From positions 40,176,001 through 40,240,000 of the forward strand of contig OZ024747.1 in the NCBI GenBank assembly GCA_964016885.1: a stretch of DNA of 64,000 nt. The letters run 5' to 3'. The notes beneath the pieces are model-generated. The model saw only the letters and a program-made list of their open reading frames with translations. It had not been told where the DNA came from and made no database searches. Positions within the stretch are counted from its first letter, which is position 1. The number at the start of each line of letters is the position of its first letter. This DNA is from Eledone cirrhosa (lineage: Eukaryota). A program made the translations under genes and the position numbers. Positions 1 to 14,887 of the stretch are shown piece after piece.

Positions 1-204
1 AATTACTGTTTCATCACACATTGTTATGAATTGTGCAATGTTTGATGCAGTTGATGACGAAAGCCTCTATTATAACACCATTAAAGTTCAGATGAATGTG
101 TTTCTGGTACATATAATGATGGTAATTACGGTAAATACGATGATAATGTAGCACCCCTCAGTACTATTAACATACAGATTATGTAGAATATGTTATGTGA
201 CTTG

Positions 205-360
205 GGGCGGCGAATTGGAAGAGTCGTTAGAACGTTGGATAGAATGCTTTGTGGTATTCATTTCGACTCTCGGCTCTCTGAAATCAAATCCCAGCGATGT
301 CAACTTTGCCTTTCATTCATTTAAGGTCCATAAAAAAGTACCAGTCTAGTACTGGAGTCG
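205..360 (+). mobile_element. tRNA-derived SINE, diverged copy of family 1
   Basis: Degenerate box B (aaatcaaatccc) followed by the family core gtcaactttgcctttcat...taaaaaagtaccag that is shared with many copies in the window. Ends are approximate. Confidence 0.7.
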
Positions 361-1036
361 GTTCTTCCTTTATATCGTTTTCTCACTTCCATTCTCTCAC
401 TCTCTTTATTCCTCTCTAGACGAAATCTGCTGTATTCTGACCTGGAGCGGAGATGGACTTCGCCAGGTTTAAAATAATGTCCTAAAAACGCTGAATGTTA
501 ATACGCCACCCCTCCCACTCCCTCCGGAGTTATGGGACCATACATACATGTGTTGGATTAATGATCGGCAGCTGTGTAGCTGACAAAGTAATTGAGATCC
601 TGTGCATATATAATATCAGCTATCGGTTATGTAGAAGTGTGTGTTTTAATCGTGTAGAACATGTTCAGTGTTAATTATGTTATAGCTGAGGAAATTGTAT
701 AAATTTGTTGGGTGACAATTGTATAGGGTATGTATGTTGTTACAGAAAACATGAGAGAGAGTATTGAGATGAAAGTGTCTTGCCTTTAGCCCAGAACTCC
801 CCAGCCAATGAGGGGTGAGAGTTTGATCACTGATGGGTGAGAGTTTTATTGTTGTTGTTGCTGCTGCTGCTGTTGTTGTTGTTGTTTTCAAAGGTGTTAT
901 AAAACCTTCTACTGCACCACAGTAGAAGGTGTTCTTAGAGTGTTTACAACAATACCTTCTAGGATTGTAGATCTGAGTTATTATAATATTTTTCATTTGA
1001 CTTGTCACTTGGTGTTTTGTTTCAATCATTATTTTA

Positions 1037-1221
1037 TGGATTGGCAGTATCAGTAGAGGGTCGGACGCCATGCTTTCCAGCATAGTTACGTCCCTTTATG
1101 GTCTGAGTTCAAATCCCGCCTAGGTTAACTTTGCCTTTCATCCTTACGGGGTCGATAAAATAAAGTACCAGTAATGCACTGCGTAATTGCTGGCTTTGTG
1201 CCAAAAGTAGAAACAATTATT
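1037..1221 (+). mobile_element. tRNA-derived SINE family 1 (young, about 185 bp)
   Basis: Box A-like TGGCAGTATCAGTAG, box B GTTCAAATCC, core ttaactttgcctttcatccttacggggtcgataaaataaagtaccag and tail gtagaaacaattatt. Near-identical copies recur through the window. Confidence 0.9.
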
Positions 1222-1750
1222 TTAGTCTGTTTCTTTTTTTTTCATGCCTTAATGTGAATTGTGTTATGTATTACTACTTTCTATCCATTTTACCGTCGAG
1301 GTATCTGTATACTTCCAAGTGAAAATAGATGCTGGCTCAATTGCGTTTGCTCTAAAACCTCTCAATTGGCAAAGACGTAGCAGACGAAGATGATGTATTT
1401 GACCATACTGTGATACTGTTCATATTGTCTACATTTGATTTTATCATCTTTCGGGGTTTTATTTTCGTAGGAATGTGGGACAAAACATTAGTTTTGTGCA
1501 GCTGCGATCGAACCTTTTATTTATGCTTTAAACTTAAATATTCTCAGACGATTCTGGTTTACTTCCCCTCTATTGAGTCTTGGACCTTATTGGCTATGGA
1601 GAGGATTCTGTCTCTATTTTGACATCAATATATAACTAGTTTGTCTTCTTTTTTTTTGCCTATTCTTTTGTGTTTAAATATATATATATATGTCGGTATA
1701 AGTGCATGTATATAGATATATATATAGAGACTGACTGGTCGGTCAAGGTG

Positions 1751-1778
<28 letters not shown>

Positions 1779-1800
<22 letters not shown>

Positions 1801-1884
1801 TGAGGGAGAGAGATAGAGAGGAAGTGAGAGAAAGAAACAGATAATGAAATATATGCATGTATGAACATACACACATATCAATAT

Positions 1885-1952
<68 letters not shown>

Positions 1953-2058
1953 ATATTGATATGTGTGTATGTTCATACATGCATATATTTCATTATCTGT
2001 TTCTTTCTCTCACTTCCTCTCTATCTCTCTCCCTCACTCTACACACACACACACACAT
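1779..2058. repeat. Perfect palindrome centred on a (TA)n tract
   Basis: 1797-1888 is the exact reverse complement of about 1949-2040. The ORF track gives the same peptide on both strands (1660..1980 - and 1857..2084 +). Confidence 0.9.
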
Positions 2059-2116
2059 ATATATGCATATACGTAGGGATATGATATATTTCCTTGTTAA
2101 TGTTATTGCACGTGTG

Positions 2117-2150
<34 letters not shown>

Positions 2151-2437
2151 TGTATGTATGTATCTATGTATTGTGAGCGTAATACATTGATGAAGTTTGA
2201 TTAATGCATTCAACAAAACAATTAGTTTAAACGTCAGTTAGGCGTCTTTGACGAACAATATCTGAAATAATGTTGCCTAGACATGCTGGCATGTGTGCAC
2301 TCACATATATTGCTGCTTATTTAGAGATACATGCACACACACACACAGGTATATATGTGTATATATATATAAATATATAAATTATTAAAAAAATAATGAA
2401 TAAACAAAGAAACAGTTCCTTATATTAAAAAAAATTT

Positions 2438-2480
<43 letters not shown>

Positions 2481-2640
2481 TTCCTATATATATATATATA
2501 TTTCCTATATATATATATAGATATTTCTTATATATATATATATATATATATATATGTTTGTATGTATATATGTATGTATGTATATATGTATGTATGAACG
2601 CAATTGAAATGAAATAGATATGTTCACACACACTCCCACA

Positions 2641-2693
<53 letters not shown>

Positions 2694-2790
2694 TTATACG
2701 TACATATCGACAGGCAAAAGAAATATGTAAAATATATGTTGATATTTATGCTCATACACATACAGATAAACACGTACGCACACATGTGCA

Positions 2791-2904
<114 letters not shown>

Positions 2905-3026
2905 CAGATAGGGTCTGGTATAAACCAGCTAGACCATAACCCACCAGAGTACTCGATTCTTGGGGTATCGAGTTCGGATCTAGCTTTCGAAACGGCCGGA
3001 GCTCAGCCGTAGTGGTCCTATATATT

Positions 3027-3075
<49 letters not shown>

Positions 3076-3226
3076 TTAAGTATATATATATATTTATATA
3101 TACATATACATTCATACATACCTGCATATATGCCTACATACATATATACATGCATACATATATACACGCATACATATACACGCATACATACATATCATAC
3201 TTACATACATACATACATACCATACT

Positions 3227-3275
<49 letters not shown>

Positions 3276-3278
3276 GGC

Positions 3279-3439
<161 letters not shown>

Positions 3440-3442
3440 ATG

Positions 3443-3478
<36 letters not shown>

Positions 3479-3758
3479 ATATATATTCCTTGTTTTTATC
3501 TTTGTGTACTATGTATACACGCTGAGAAAAATGACGTTAATCTCTTAAAGGCTGCTAACAAGCGGATACATTCGTTTGATTAATTGGACAAATAGTACAG
3601 CAATTAATAATGTTAGATGCAATTCCTGCGTAATATATTGAGGTGAGGGCAGGCCCCTCCTGTCCCCTGCATTAGTTTCCTATACACATAAACGGATTCT
3701 CTGTTAAACAACATATCACAAAAATAATTTGAATTGACTGACGTAACTGTGTTTGTAT

Positions 3759-3793
<35 letters not shown>

Positions 3794-3796
<3 letters not shown>

Positions 3797-6229
3797 GTAC
3801 TCCTCATTTAACGATCTACCCGGTTAACGATCTCTCGGAGTTACGAACATCTTCACGAATTACATATATTAGTTTAACAAAAATCTCTCGAAATTACGAT
3901 TCGTTGATTCGTCAGTAATATATTCGCTCAACGACAATATCTCGCAGTTACGATCCGCAGAGAATAGTGACAGCACAGTTGTGAGTGAAAGTGAACGCAG
4001 TTGTGTACGGTAAGTTGGGCTGAGGCAACCGGCAGTGCTGAGCAGCCTCCAGCTCATCACCTTTCGCAGCGTCATTCGAGTGTATCCACTGAACACAAGA
4101 AGTTACCAAGTATTTTTTCGTTTCGATACCGTTATATCCCTCAAGATGTCAGCAAAATAACCAGTACTACACCAGGGCCTTATCCCAAGAAGTCAAGGAA
4201 ATCCATTGATATAGAAACAAAGCTGAAGATCATCAAAGAATATGAAGAAGGAGGTTAAGGTGAACGCAATTGCTGCTAGAATGAACTTGGCAAGTTCTAC
4301 TATATCTACCATCCTCAAGGACAAAGAAGGAGTGAAGGAGACGGCCAAGAACACAACGGGATACAATGCTTTGATAACAAGACAGCGAAAAGGCCTGATA
4401 CATGAAATGGAGAAATTTTTGGCCATGTGGTTTGATGACCAAATAGCCAAACGAATGCCAATGAGTCTTCATATTATTCAAAGCAAGGCGCGCAGCATCT
4501 TCGAGAAACTCAAGTCACGTGAGGGAGACGAGTGTACTGAAACGTTTACGGCAAGCCACGGTTGGTTCCAGCGATTTCGTCGTCGATTTAATTTGCACAA
4601 CCGTTGTATTACTGGTGAAGCAGCAAGTGTTGATACGGAAGCAGCAAAAACATTCCTCGATGTTTTAGATGAGATTGTCGAGGAAGGAGACTATCGCCCG
4701 GAACAAATGTTCAGTGTCGACGAAACTGGCCTCTTTTGGAAAAAAATGCCTGAAAGAACGTATCTTCACAAAGAGGCTAAAAGTATGCTCGGCTTCAAGG
4801 TATTCAAGGATCGAGTGACGTTTCTTTTAGGCGGAAATGTTGCGGCGCATAAGTTGAAACCATTTTTCATTTATCGTTCCCAAACCCCATGTGCATTAAA
4901 GAACGTGAACAAACACACGCTGCCAGTGTTTTATCGGGCAAACAACAAGGCATGGATGACGCAATCTTTGTTCGAGGACTGGTTCATCAACTGCTTTATA
5001 CCTGCAACCAAGGAATACTGCTTTGAAAACAACATTCCCTTCAAGATTCTACTTCTCCTCGATAATGCCCCAGGCTGCGCCCAACATATTGATGACCTGC
5101 ATCCTAATGTTAAAGTAGTGTATCTGCCCAAAAATACGACGTCAATTCTTCAACCAATGGACCAGGGGGTGATATCTACTTTCAAGGCGTATTATTTACG
5201 AACTACTTTTGCACAGGCAGTAACACCAACGGAGGATGACGTAATGGATCTTCGTGAATTTTGGAAAGATTTTAATATTGTCAATTGCATCAAGAACATC
5301 GACGGAGCTTGGCGGGATGTGAGTGTATAATGTATGAAAGGTGTATGGAAAAAGTGCTTGAAAAGGTTTGTTAATCATTTTGAAGGTTTTGATAAAAATT
5401 CAGATTTTGAAGTGATAGGTAATAAAATTGTTGGTCTTGCTCAAAAGTTGCGGTTGGAAGTGGATGCGCAAGATGTGGAAAATTTAGTGAACTTTGTTGA
5501 AGGAGAGTTGACTGACGAAGATTTAATAGAGTTGGAAGAGAAGCGACATAGAGAAGAGTTGGAAGAAGCAGCAGAACAACCAGATGAGGAACAGAAAAAG
5601 TTCACTGTTAAGGGCTTGGCGGAAGTATTCACGCATATGAGTAAGGTGATGTCAGGATTGGAGGCAATGGAACATAACATTCAACGCTTAGCAAAATTTC
5701 AAAGACATTTGGAAGATGGACTACGTTGTTATCGTGAAATTTATGATGAGAAAAAAAAGCAGACAAAACAGTCATCTATGCTGAGCTTTCTGGTGAAAAC
5801 TCCGACTCCAACCCCACATACATACATACCAAATATCTGTAGTACTGTAATATGATGTGTATTGTGCAAATATCTTATCATACAAGAGAGAAAATAAAAA
5901 GATAACATGAAAAATATATTGCCGAGTGTTAAAGAGAGAAGCTATTCGGTGCCAATAAGGTAGCCTAGCCTAGGTTTGAAAACCTTGAAATCCACAGCTA
6001 AGACAAGAAGTAAGGCTTTAATATACTTTATAAAGAAAAGCTGTAGTTCTGTGTATATGATTTTAAGTTAAAAACTATTAATCGAAATAAAGAAACAATA
6101 TCAAGAATATATACTGTACTGTACAGGCCTATATGCCCAATGTCGGCAGAAAGTCACTCATTTAACGATCATTTCGCTTAACCAACGGGTTATTGGAACG
6201 TAACCCGTTCGTTAAACGAGGAGTACCTG
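3794..6229 (+). mobile_element. Full-length Tigger/pogo DNA transposon (2436 bp)
   Basis: TIRs CAGGTACTCCTCATTTAACGA (from 3794) and TCGTTAAACGAGGAGTACCTG (to 6229), with TA target duplications at 3792-3793 and 6230-6231. Inserted in a (TA)n tract. Confidence 0.95.
4146..5855 (+). pseudogene. Disrupted TIGD1-like pogo/Tigger transposase (CENP-B HTH + DDE_1)
   Basis: HTH start RKSIDIETKLKIIKEYEEG, then FTASHGWFQRFRRR, DETGLFWK, LLLDNAPG and QPMDQGVI. Frameshifts near 4160 and 4255, and an in-frame TAA at 5328-5330, after which the same frame continues to 5855. Confidence 0.92.
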
Positions 6230-6290
<61 letters not shown>

Positions 6291-6363
6291 GCACACACAC
6301 ATATATATATATATATATAAAATACAGCGATCGCTTTGGAAAATTAACTGTCTGATTGAGTCT

Positions 6364-6443
6364 GTCTCTTGATGAGTTCGTTACTCTAGATTCGTCCTTA
6401 ATAATAGGATATCTCAAAATACGAACGAAACCATGGTAGAGAT
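6364..6443 (+). ncRNA. Minimal type I hammerhead ribozyme motif, family A (C3U variant)
   Basis: GTCTC-TTGATGA-GTTCGT..39 nt..ACGAAC-GAAA-CCATGG-TA-GAGAT. Helix I GTCTC/GAGAT, helix II GTTCGT/ACGAAC, palindromic helix III ACCATGGT, GUA triplet. The core has U instead of C at position 3. Confidence 0.75.
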
Positions 6444-7007
6444 GTAATTACGGTATGTACACGTTCCTTCTAAGTTTAAATGTACACCTAATTGTGTATG
6501 GTTGACGGTATATTTAATCAGTTTCTACATGCTGTTGAAATGTTGGGTAAATACTCTATTGTGGTCACCGCGAAGAGGCCGCTTTCGGTTATTTATCAAA
6601 TATTTCTTCATAGGAGCCTTTATTCTTATAGCCTGGTCTAATTGATTTTTTATATTGTTAATTATGCTAATTGGGAGAGGAAATGGTATATATTTTATCT
6701 AATAATTCTAAGGACATGATTTATGATATATATATAAACGGAAAAAATGAAACGAAATTTCATTTCCCACTCTTAGTACGGCTGTTACTTAAATATAAGT
6801 ATTTACACGTACATACATATATGTATACAGACGTACAGTAGTATGTATATATATATATATATACATACATGCACACATACATATATGTACGTATGGATTC
6901 ACCGAACATTTATTATAATGCTCGGTGTGGTTGTAAACAAACATCCCGTATTAAGCCGTAGTGTCCAGCAACCATCATTGCTCGTTTGTTCAACACTGAC
7001 AAAGGAA

Positions 7008-7048
7008 CGCTGTACTAGTTTCAAGCTTATTAGCTATCGTCAGCAACG
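7008..7048 (-). ncRNA. Minimal type I hammerhead ribozyme, family B1
   Basis: Minus strand reads CGTTG-CTGACGA-TAGCTAATAAGCTT-GAAA-CTAG-TA-CAGCG: intact core, helix I, helix II AGCT/AGCT, palindromic helix III ACTAGT. Confidence 0.85.
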
Positions 7049-7740
7049 TATACCTTCCTGCCAGATTGTTGAACGTATATACTTACCTTATGCATATTAA
7101 CGGCTGAGTAGCACAATTTGCATATCGAGTGGGTTAATCGGCCGGGTGCACCGAAAACGATAAACGGAAAAAAATGAAACGAAATTTCATTTCCCACTCT
7201 TAGTACGGCTGTTACTTAAATATAAGTATGTACACGTACATACATATATGTATACAGACGTACAGTAGTATGTATATATATATACATACATGCACACATA
7301 CATATATGTACGTATGGATTCACCGAACATTTATTATTACGTACATATATGTATGTGTGCGTTCCTTTGTCAGTGTTGAACAAACGAGCAACGATGGTTG
7401 CTGGACACTACGACTTAATACGGGATGTTTGTTTACAAACACACCGAGCATTATAATGAATGTTCGGTGAATCCATACGTACATATATGTATGTGTGCAT
7501 GTATGTATATATATATACATATTACTGTACGTCTGTATACATATATGTATGTACGTGTACATACTTATATTTAAGTAACAGCTGTACTAAGAGTGGGAAA
7601 TGAAATTTCGTTTCATTTTTTCCGTTTATCGTTTTCGGTGCGCCCGGCCGATTAACCCACTCGATATGCAAATTGGGCTACTCAGCCGTTAATATGCATA
7701 AGGTAAGTATATACGTTCAACAATCTGGCAGGAAGGTATA

Positions 7741-7781
7741 CGTTGCTGACTATAGCTAATAAACTTGAAACTAGTACAGCG
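7741..7781 (+). ncRNA. Hammerhead motif family B1 with mutated core (CTGACTA, G8U)
   Basis: CGTTG-CTGACTA-TAGCTAATAAACTT-GAAA-CTAG-TA-CAGCG. Two substitutions relative to the 7008-7048 copy, one at catalytic G8. Confidence 0.75.
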
Positions 7782-7983
7782 TCCATTTGTCACTGTTGAA
7801 CAAACGAGCAACGATGTTTGCTAAACACTACGGCTTCATACGGGATGTTTGTTTACAAACACACCGAGCATTATAATAAATGTTCGGTGAATCCATACGT
7901 ACATATATGTATGTGTGCATGTATGTATATATATATACATACTACTGTACGTCTGTATACATATATGTATGTACGTGTACATA

Positions 7984-9020
<1,037 letters not shown>

Positions 9021-9183
9021 TACATATGTATATTGATACAAACACAAATCGGAAATTGAGTTTTGCTTATTTCTACCCGCCGAAATACGATTCTCGGTGA
9101 ATTTATATTTATATATATATCTGATATATATTTATCCTTATCGAGCCCTCTTTGGATTTTGGTCTTCAAATTTTTTTTATTAT

Positions 9184-9312
<129 letters not shown>

Positions 9313-9445
9313 GGGGGAGAGAGAAAGAGAGTGAGAGAGAGAGATGTGTGTGTGTATATATATATATATATTATGTATATATAAGTATATATGCAAGTAT
9401 GTATGTATACGTACATACATATATGTATACAGACGTACAGTAGCA

Positions 9446-9497
<52 letters not shown>

Positions 9498-9656
9498 CAC
9501 GCAGGTACACATACATATATGCACGCATCAGTTTAGCGGACGTTTATTATAACGCCGCTTTGTTCGTTTGTTTATCAACAAACCGAACAGCCTGAATTTA
9601 TGCCATACGGTGTTAAGGCAACCACGTCACCTTTTTGTTCAACACTGACACAGGAA

Positions 9657-9697
9657 CGATGTACTAGTTTCAAGCTTGTTAGCTATCATCAGCACCG
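9657..9697 (-). ncRNA. Minimal type I hammerhead ribozyme, subfamily B2
   Basis: Minus strand reads CGGTG-CTGATGA-TAGCTAACAAGCTT-GAAA-CTAG-TA-CATCG, with an intact core. Confidence 0.87.
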
Positions 9698-10036
9698 TTT
9701 ACCCATCTGCCAGATAGTTGAACGTTCGAAAGTATATACTTTCCTTATGAAAATTAACGGCTGAGCAGCCTAATTTGCATATTGAGTGAGTTAATATGCA
9801 TGCTACTGTACGTCTGTATACATATATGTATGTACGTATACATACATACTTACATTTAAGTAAGTGCCATACTAAGAGTGAGAAATGAAATTTCGTTTTC
9901 ATTTTTTTCAACTTATCGTTTTCGGTATGCCTGACCGATTTAACTCACTCAATATGCAAATTAGGCTGCTCAGCCATTAATTTTCATAAGGAAAGTATAT
10001 ACTTTCGAACGTTCAACTATCTGGCAGATGGGTAAA

Positions 10037-10077
10037 CGGTGCTGATGATAGCTAACAAGCTTGAAACTAGTACATCG
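10037..10077 (+). ncRNA. Minimal type I hammerhead ribozyme, subfamily B2
   Basis: CGGTG-CTGATGA-TAGCTAACAAGCTT-GAAA-CTAG-TA-CATCG, identical to the inverted copy at 9657-9697. Confidence 0.87.
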
Positions 10078-10236
10078 TTCCTGTGTCAGTGTTGAACAAA
10101 AAGGTGACGTGGTTGCCTTAACACCGTATGGCATAAATTCAGGCTGTTCGGTTTGTTGACAAACAAACGAACAAAGCGGCGTTATAATAAACGTCCGCTA
10201 AACTGATGCGTGCATATATGTATGTGTACCTGCGTG

Positions 10237-10328
<92 letters not shown>

Positions 10329-11184
10329 TGCTACTGTACGTCTGTATACATATATGTATGTACGTATACATACATACTTACATTTAAGTAAGTGCCATAC
10401 TAAGAGTGAGAAATGAAATTTCGTTTTCATTTTTTTCAGTATATATGCAAATATATGTTTATTTACACATGTACACACACGCACACACACTTGTATATAT
10501 ATATATTTTGTTTTTGAATTTGTTTGGCAATATTTCCTATCCGAAAACGTGTGTTGAAACATTTATTGTTATACTTTGGGAGGGTCATGCTGCCAATAAA
10601 AACACACGCACCTGTTGGTTTCCACTTCAATTTATTATAAATTTCCGGTTGGTTGGTTGGTTGGTTCGATAACCGGGTGGTTGTTTATATATTGTCAAAG
10701 CCCTTTCGTTACACATTCTGCCTGTGACCTCCCCAGTGACTGAGTTTCTATTTTGTGTCTCTCTTTTGCTCTGTCCTACACCATCTTGTTTGTGTGTGTT
10801 GTGAACAGCACTCAAAAAGAAGATGGTGTGTGTATGTGTGTGTGTGTGTATAAATTATAAAGAGTCGGGACCCCGACGGCTGAGCTCTTGCCATTTAAAC
10901 AGCCAGTTCTGTCTATATATACATACGGAGACACACGTACACACACACACGTGCACGCACGTCAAAGGGTTTTACACGGTTTTGTATTTAAACGCTTGCA
11001 TATTGTAATAATTCGTGTGAGTTACCAAGAAATCTTAAAGGGAAATGAGCCGAACATATTACAAATTCATAACCCATGAACGGAGTAAAAGCCAGTTTTA
11101 TTTTGACTTATTTTAAACAAATTTAATTGAGGGACAATTTAAAAACTAACTACAAACAATCAAACTTCTTCTTCGCCCCTTATT

Positions 11185-11455
11185 CCTAGGAGGGCATGGA
11201 GACAAAGTGCTCAAACGCGACTTCCAGGAGGTCCTATCTGACACAACTATCTGCAATTGATCCGGTGGCATCCCCAAACCTAGCTCATAGTTGTAAATCA
11301 ATCATCTTGTTCATGGTCTCTCTGGCTCTCCAGTCGGTTGGTTTGCCCCTAACATCTTCCAGAGATCTTTCCTTAAACACACTAACCACATAGCTCAAGA
11401 ATCAAAACTCTGATCCCTCAATTCGGAGAAATAGCGGTGCTACCTTCGAGGAAAT
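11185..11455 (-). mobile_element. Degraded RTE-clade LINE 3' fragment
   Basis: Minus strand gives PLFLRIEGS followed by a decayed C-terminal region. Nucleotide similarity to 43015-43050 (ctcaattcggagaa.tagcgg). Confidence 0.65.
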
Positions 11456-12254
11456 ACCATTTTCTTTTATTCGAGATCATTTTCTTTCAGTCACTAGCCA
11501 AGTTTCACGACAATTGGTAAGAGTAGCCACGAACACCGAATGGAAGAAAGCGATTTTGGAGAGCAACAGTAAAAACAATATTAGTCATTATTCGTCTGGT
11601 GTAGTCAAGACAATGTGCTTAGAGAGTGTGTCCCACAATCCCACTATGTGATATATTGGACAAGTGTCTGTGCTGGACTTACCTTTCAACTAAATAAGCT
11701 GTAGCTTAGGGCCAAACACCCTCGGGTGCCTCATTGTGCAGAATATATTTTTTGTTTCAATGTGGCAAATTAATTAGTTGAAAGAAATATTTTGTGACTA
11801 ATATAATTTTGTAACCATTAATAAATAATAATTATGTATAATTATATTAAATTTGTTTACCCAATTTTTTTAGAGAAGGACCTCAAGATTCATATCCCAG
11901 AATTGACCCTAACATTGTCACTGAAATTTAGTAGATGAAAACCGCGTGGAAGCTTGACGTATATATATCTATATGTGTGTGTGTGCGTATGTATATGCAC
12001 GTGTATGCATATGCATATATATGTGTGTGTGTGCATGTCTCTGTGTGTTTGTATACATGTCCTTGTCTACATCCATGTGATTTCAATTGTTATGTTCTGT
12101 AGCCTAAGATCGATAAAATAAATACCAGACTTTTAAGAAGCAATGTATTGGAGTCGATATGGTCGACTAAATAAGGGCTGTACTTCAGCAGAACTTATTG
12201 CATTAATCATTCCAACTCAGGCGCTTCTCCTGATTTTCCAGAGGTAGTCAGGGA

Positions 12255-12414
12255 CAGGGTGGTCATAACAGCATTATAGGCCCCCGGGCAAAGCAGAGCA
12301 CTGGAGCCCCTACCTACAAAACCACTCACAGGAATAAAAATACAAATGGGCCCCCCCTATCCTCGTGGGGCCCCGGGCAACTGCCCAGCGTGCCTATACG
12401 TTAAGACGGCCCTG
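12255..12414. mobile_element. hAT-type MITE (160 bp)
   Basis: Imperfect TIRs CAGGGTGGTCATAAC and GTTAAGACGGCCCTG, with a perfect 8-bp TSD GTCAGGGA at 12247-12254 and 12415-12422. Confidence 0.88.
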
Positions 12415-12688
12415 GTCAGGGATCGAAGACACTGAAGGTCTTTACGGCAAAAAATAATAAAAGACACTGGTCAAATCACAGTATTTGTATATCTTCCGTT
12501 CATCTGCGCTTACAGACGGCAGCGCCTGGATTTGTGACCGAAGCGACAAGGTTATATCTAATGGTTAAACCTAGGTGTCATTTGTAAAATCAACTTCGTC
12601 TGGGATCACTGAACACGTGGCGTATAACGTGTGGTATAGCACATCAATTTACACAATTTACAACTCATAAACAATAACAATTTAACAT

Positions 12689-12870
12689 TTGGCAGTATCG
12701 GTAGAGGGTCGGACGCCATGCTTTGACGCATAGAGTTACGGCCCTTTCAAATCTGAGTTCAAATCCCGCCGAGGTTAACTTTGCCTTTCATCCTTACGCG
12801 GTCGATAAAATAAAGTACCAGTAATATACTCGGTATTTGCTGGCCTTGTGCCAAAAGCAGAAACAATTAT
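12689..12870 (+). mobile_element. SINE family 1
   Basis: Near-identical to 1037-1221. Confidence 0.9.
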
Positions 12871-13084
12871 AAAACCCATAGATTTGTTAATGTATATGTA
12901 TGGACTTATATATATATACATGTAAGTATGTATATGGACGTATATATATACATGTATGTATGTGCGTGTGTCTAGGGGCGTGTATGCATCGTCTGGAGGA
13001 CCACATGTCACAATATATATATATTAATATTCATGTGTGTGTATAAATATTTATATCAATATATATATACATATTTCTAAACAC

Positions 13085-13089
<5 letters not shown>

Positions 13090-13157
<68 letters not shown>

Positions 13158-13393
13158 TATACACAAATATTTATATATATATATATATATATGCGTATAT
13201 ATATTTTATAGATATAATATACATATATATATACGTATATATATATACATAAGTATATTTTATATATATAATATACATACATATACATATATATGTATAT
13301 ATATATGTGCATATATATATTATATATATATGTGCATATATATATATATATATCATATATATATATGTGCATATATATATATGTGCATATATA

Positions 13394-13443
<50 letters not shown>

Positions 13444-13444
13444 A

Positions 13445-13488
<44 letters not shown>

Positions 13489-13510
13489 TATAAATATATA
13501 TGTGCATATA

Positions 13511-13542
<32 letters not shown>

Positions 13543-13566
13543 CATATAAATATATATGTGCATATA

Positions 13567-13612
<46 letters not shown>

Positions 13613-13704
13613 TATATATATATATATATATCATATATATATATATATATATATGTCATATATATATATATATATATATCATATATATATATATATATAT
13701 ATAT

Positions 13705-13802
<98 letters not shown>

Positions 13803-13807
13803 ATATA

Positions 13808-13842
<35 letters not shown>
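13090..13842. repeat. Compound (TA)n microsatellite
   Basis: Direct inspection. Confidence 0.95.
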
Positions 13843-13845
<3 letters not shown>

Positions 13846-14256
13846 ATAATACCATACTTGGATAGATAAGATGAAAGACATCTCTTTATTCTACTCTAGT
13901 CCGCCTCTAATCTCTATATTTTGTACTTTCCTTTTTATTTTTATTGTTTATTTGTTGTTCTTGCGAGATAGAGAGAAAGAAAGAGTGAGAGTGAGAGAGA
14001 GAGTGAGGGCTAGGCAGAGAGAGAGGGGGGGGAGAGAGGGAGAGAGAGAGAGAGGGAGAGAGGGAGAGAGAGAGAGAGACAGAGAGGGAGAGAGAGAGAG
14101 TGAGAGAGAGAGACAGAGAGTGAGATATATATATATATATAGAGAGAGAGAGAGTGAGAGAGATTAAATTTCCTCTCCCACCTGAAATGAATCCGACACC
14201 AATGAAAAGCGCTAATGGGCATTTCCTACAGGAAAAATTCCCAAATCGAAGATCAA

Positions 14257-14271
14257 GTAGTAGTAGTGGTG

Positions 14272-14340
<69 letters not shown>

Positions 14341-14345
14341 ATGGC

Positions 14346-14390
<45 letters not shown>

Positions 14391-14560
14391 GGTGGTGGTG
14401 GTGGTGGTGGTGGTAGTAGTGGTGGTGGTGGTGGTGGTAGTAGTGGTGGTAGTAGTAGTAGTAGTAGCAGCAGCAGCAGCAGCAACAGGAGATTTGCTGG
14501 CCATGGTGGTGAGAGTGTTGGTTGTGGTGGTGGTTGTGGTGGTGTTGGTGGTTGTGGTGC
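14257..14560. repeat. Compound trinucleotide tract (GTA)n/(GGT)n/(GCA)n
   Basis: Direct inspection. Generates the poly-S/G/V/T/P/L ORFs. Confidence 0.95.
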
Positions 14561-14819
14561 TGGCCAGGCCAATTGTCGTTTCATGGAGTTGAGCCGAGCG
14601 ACGACTATGACATTGCTTTGGTTTTATTCTAACTTTGTACAACAAACGACAGCAGACGATATTGTGATTGCTTGATCCTATTTGCATATCTCCGTTACTA
14701 AAGTAGTAAGTCGTGTCTGAAACATTGACCAATTGAATAAGTGCTGTGGATAGATAGAGACAGAGAGAGATAGATAGATAGAGTGATAGAGAGAGGGGGG
14801 AAAGAGAGACAGACAGAGA

Positions 14820-14885
<66 letters not shown>

Positions 14886-14887
<2 letters not shown>

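Larger units (their letters stand above)
9395..10437. mobile_element. Inverted plus tandem array of hammerhead-bearing unit, subfamily B2
   Basis: 9395-9794 is inverted relative to 9795-10437, and tgcatgctactgtacgtctg recurs at about 9797 and 10325. Clearly homologous to, but diverged from, 6735-7990. The unit contains an internal (TA)n. Confidence 0.85.

Noticed and set aside
1037-1120. tRNA gene
   Set aside because: Box A/B-like motifs are followed by a constant core and tail in about 20 copies with no complete cloverleaf, so these are SINE heads.
13907-14732. Poly-Ser/Gly/Pro/Thr/Val ORFs resembling a structural protein
   Set aside because: They are open in several frames on both strands because of trinucleotide repeats, with no splice or domain evidence. 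The same applies to 33589-33929 and 34461-34714.
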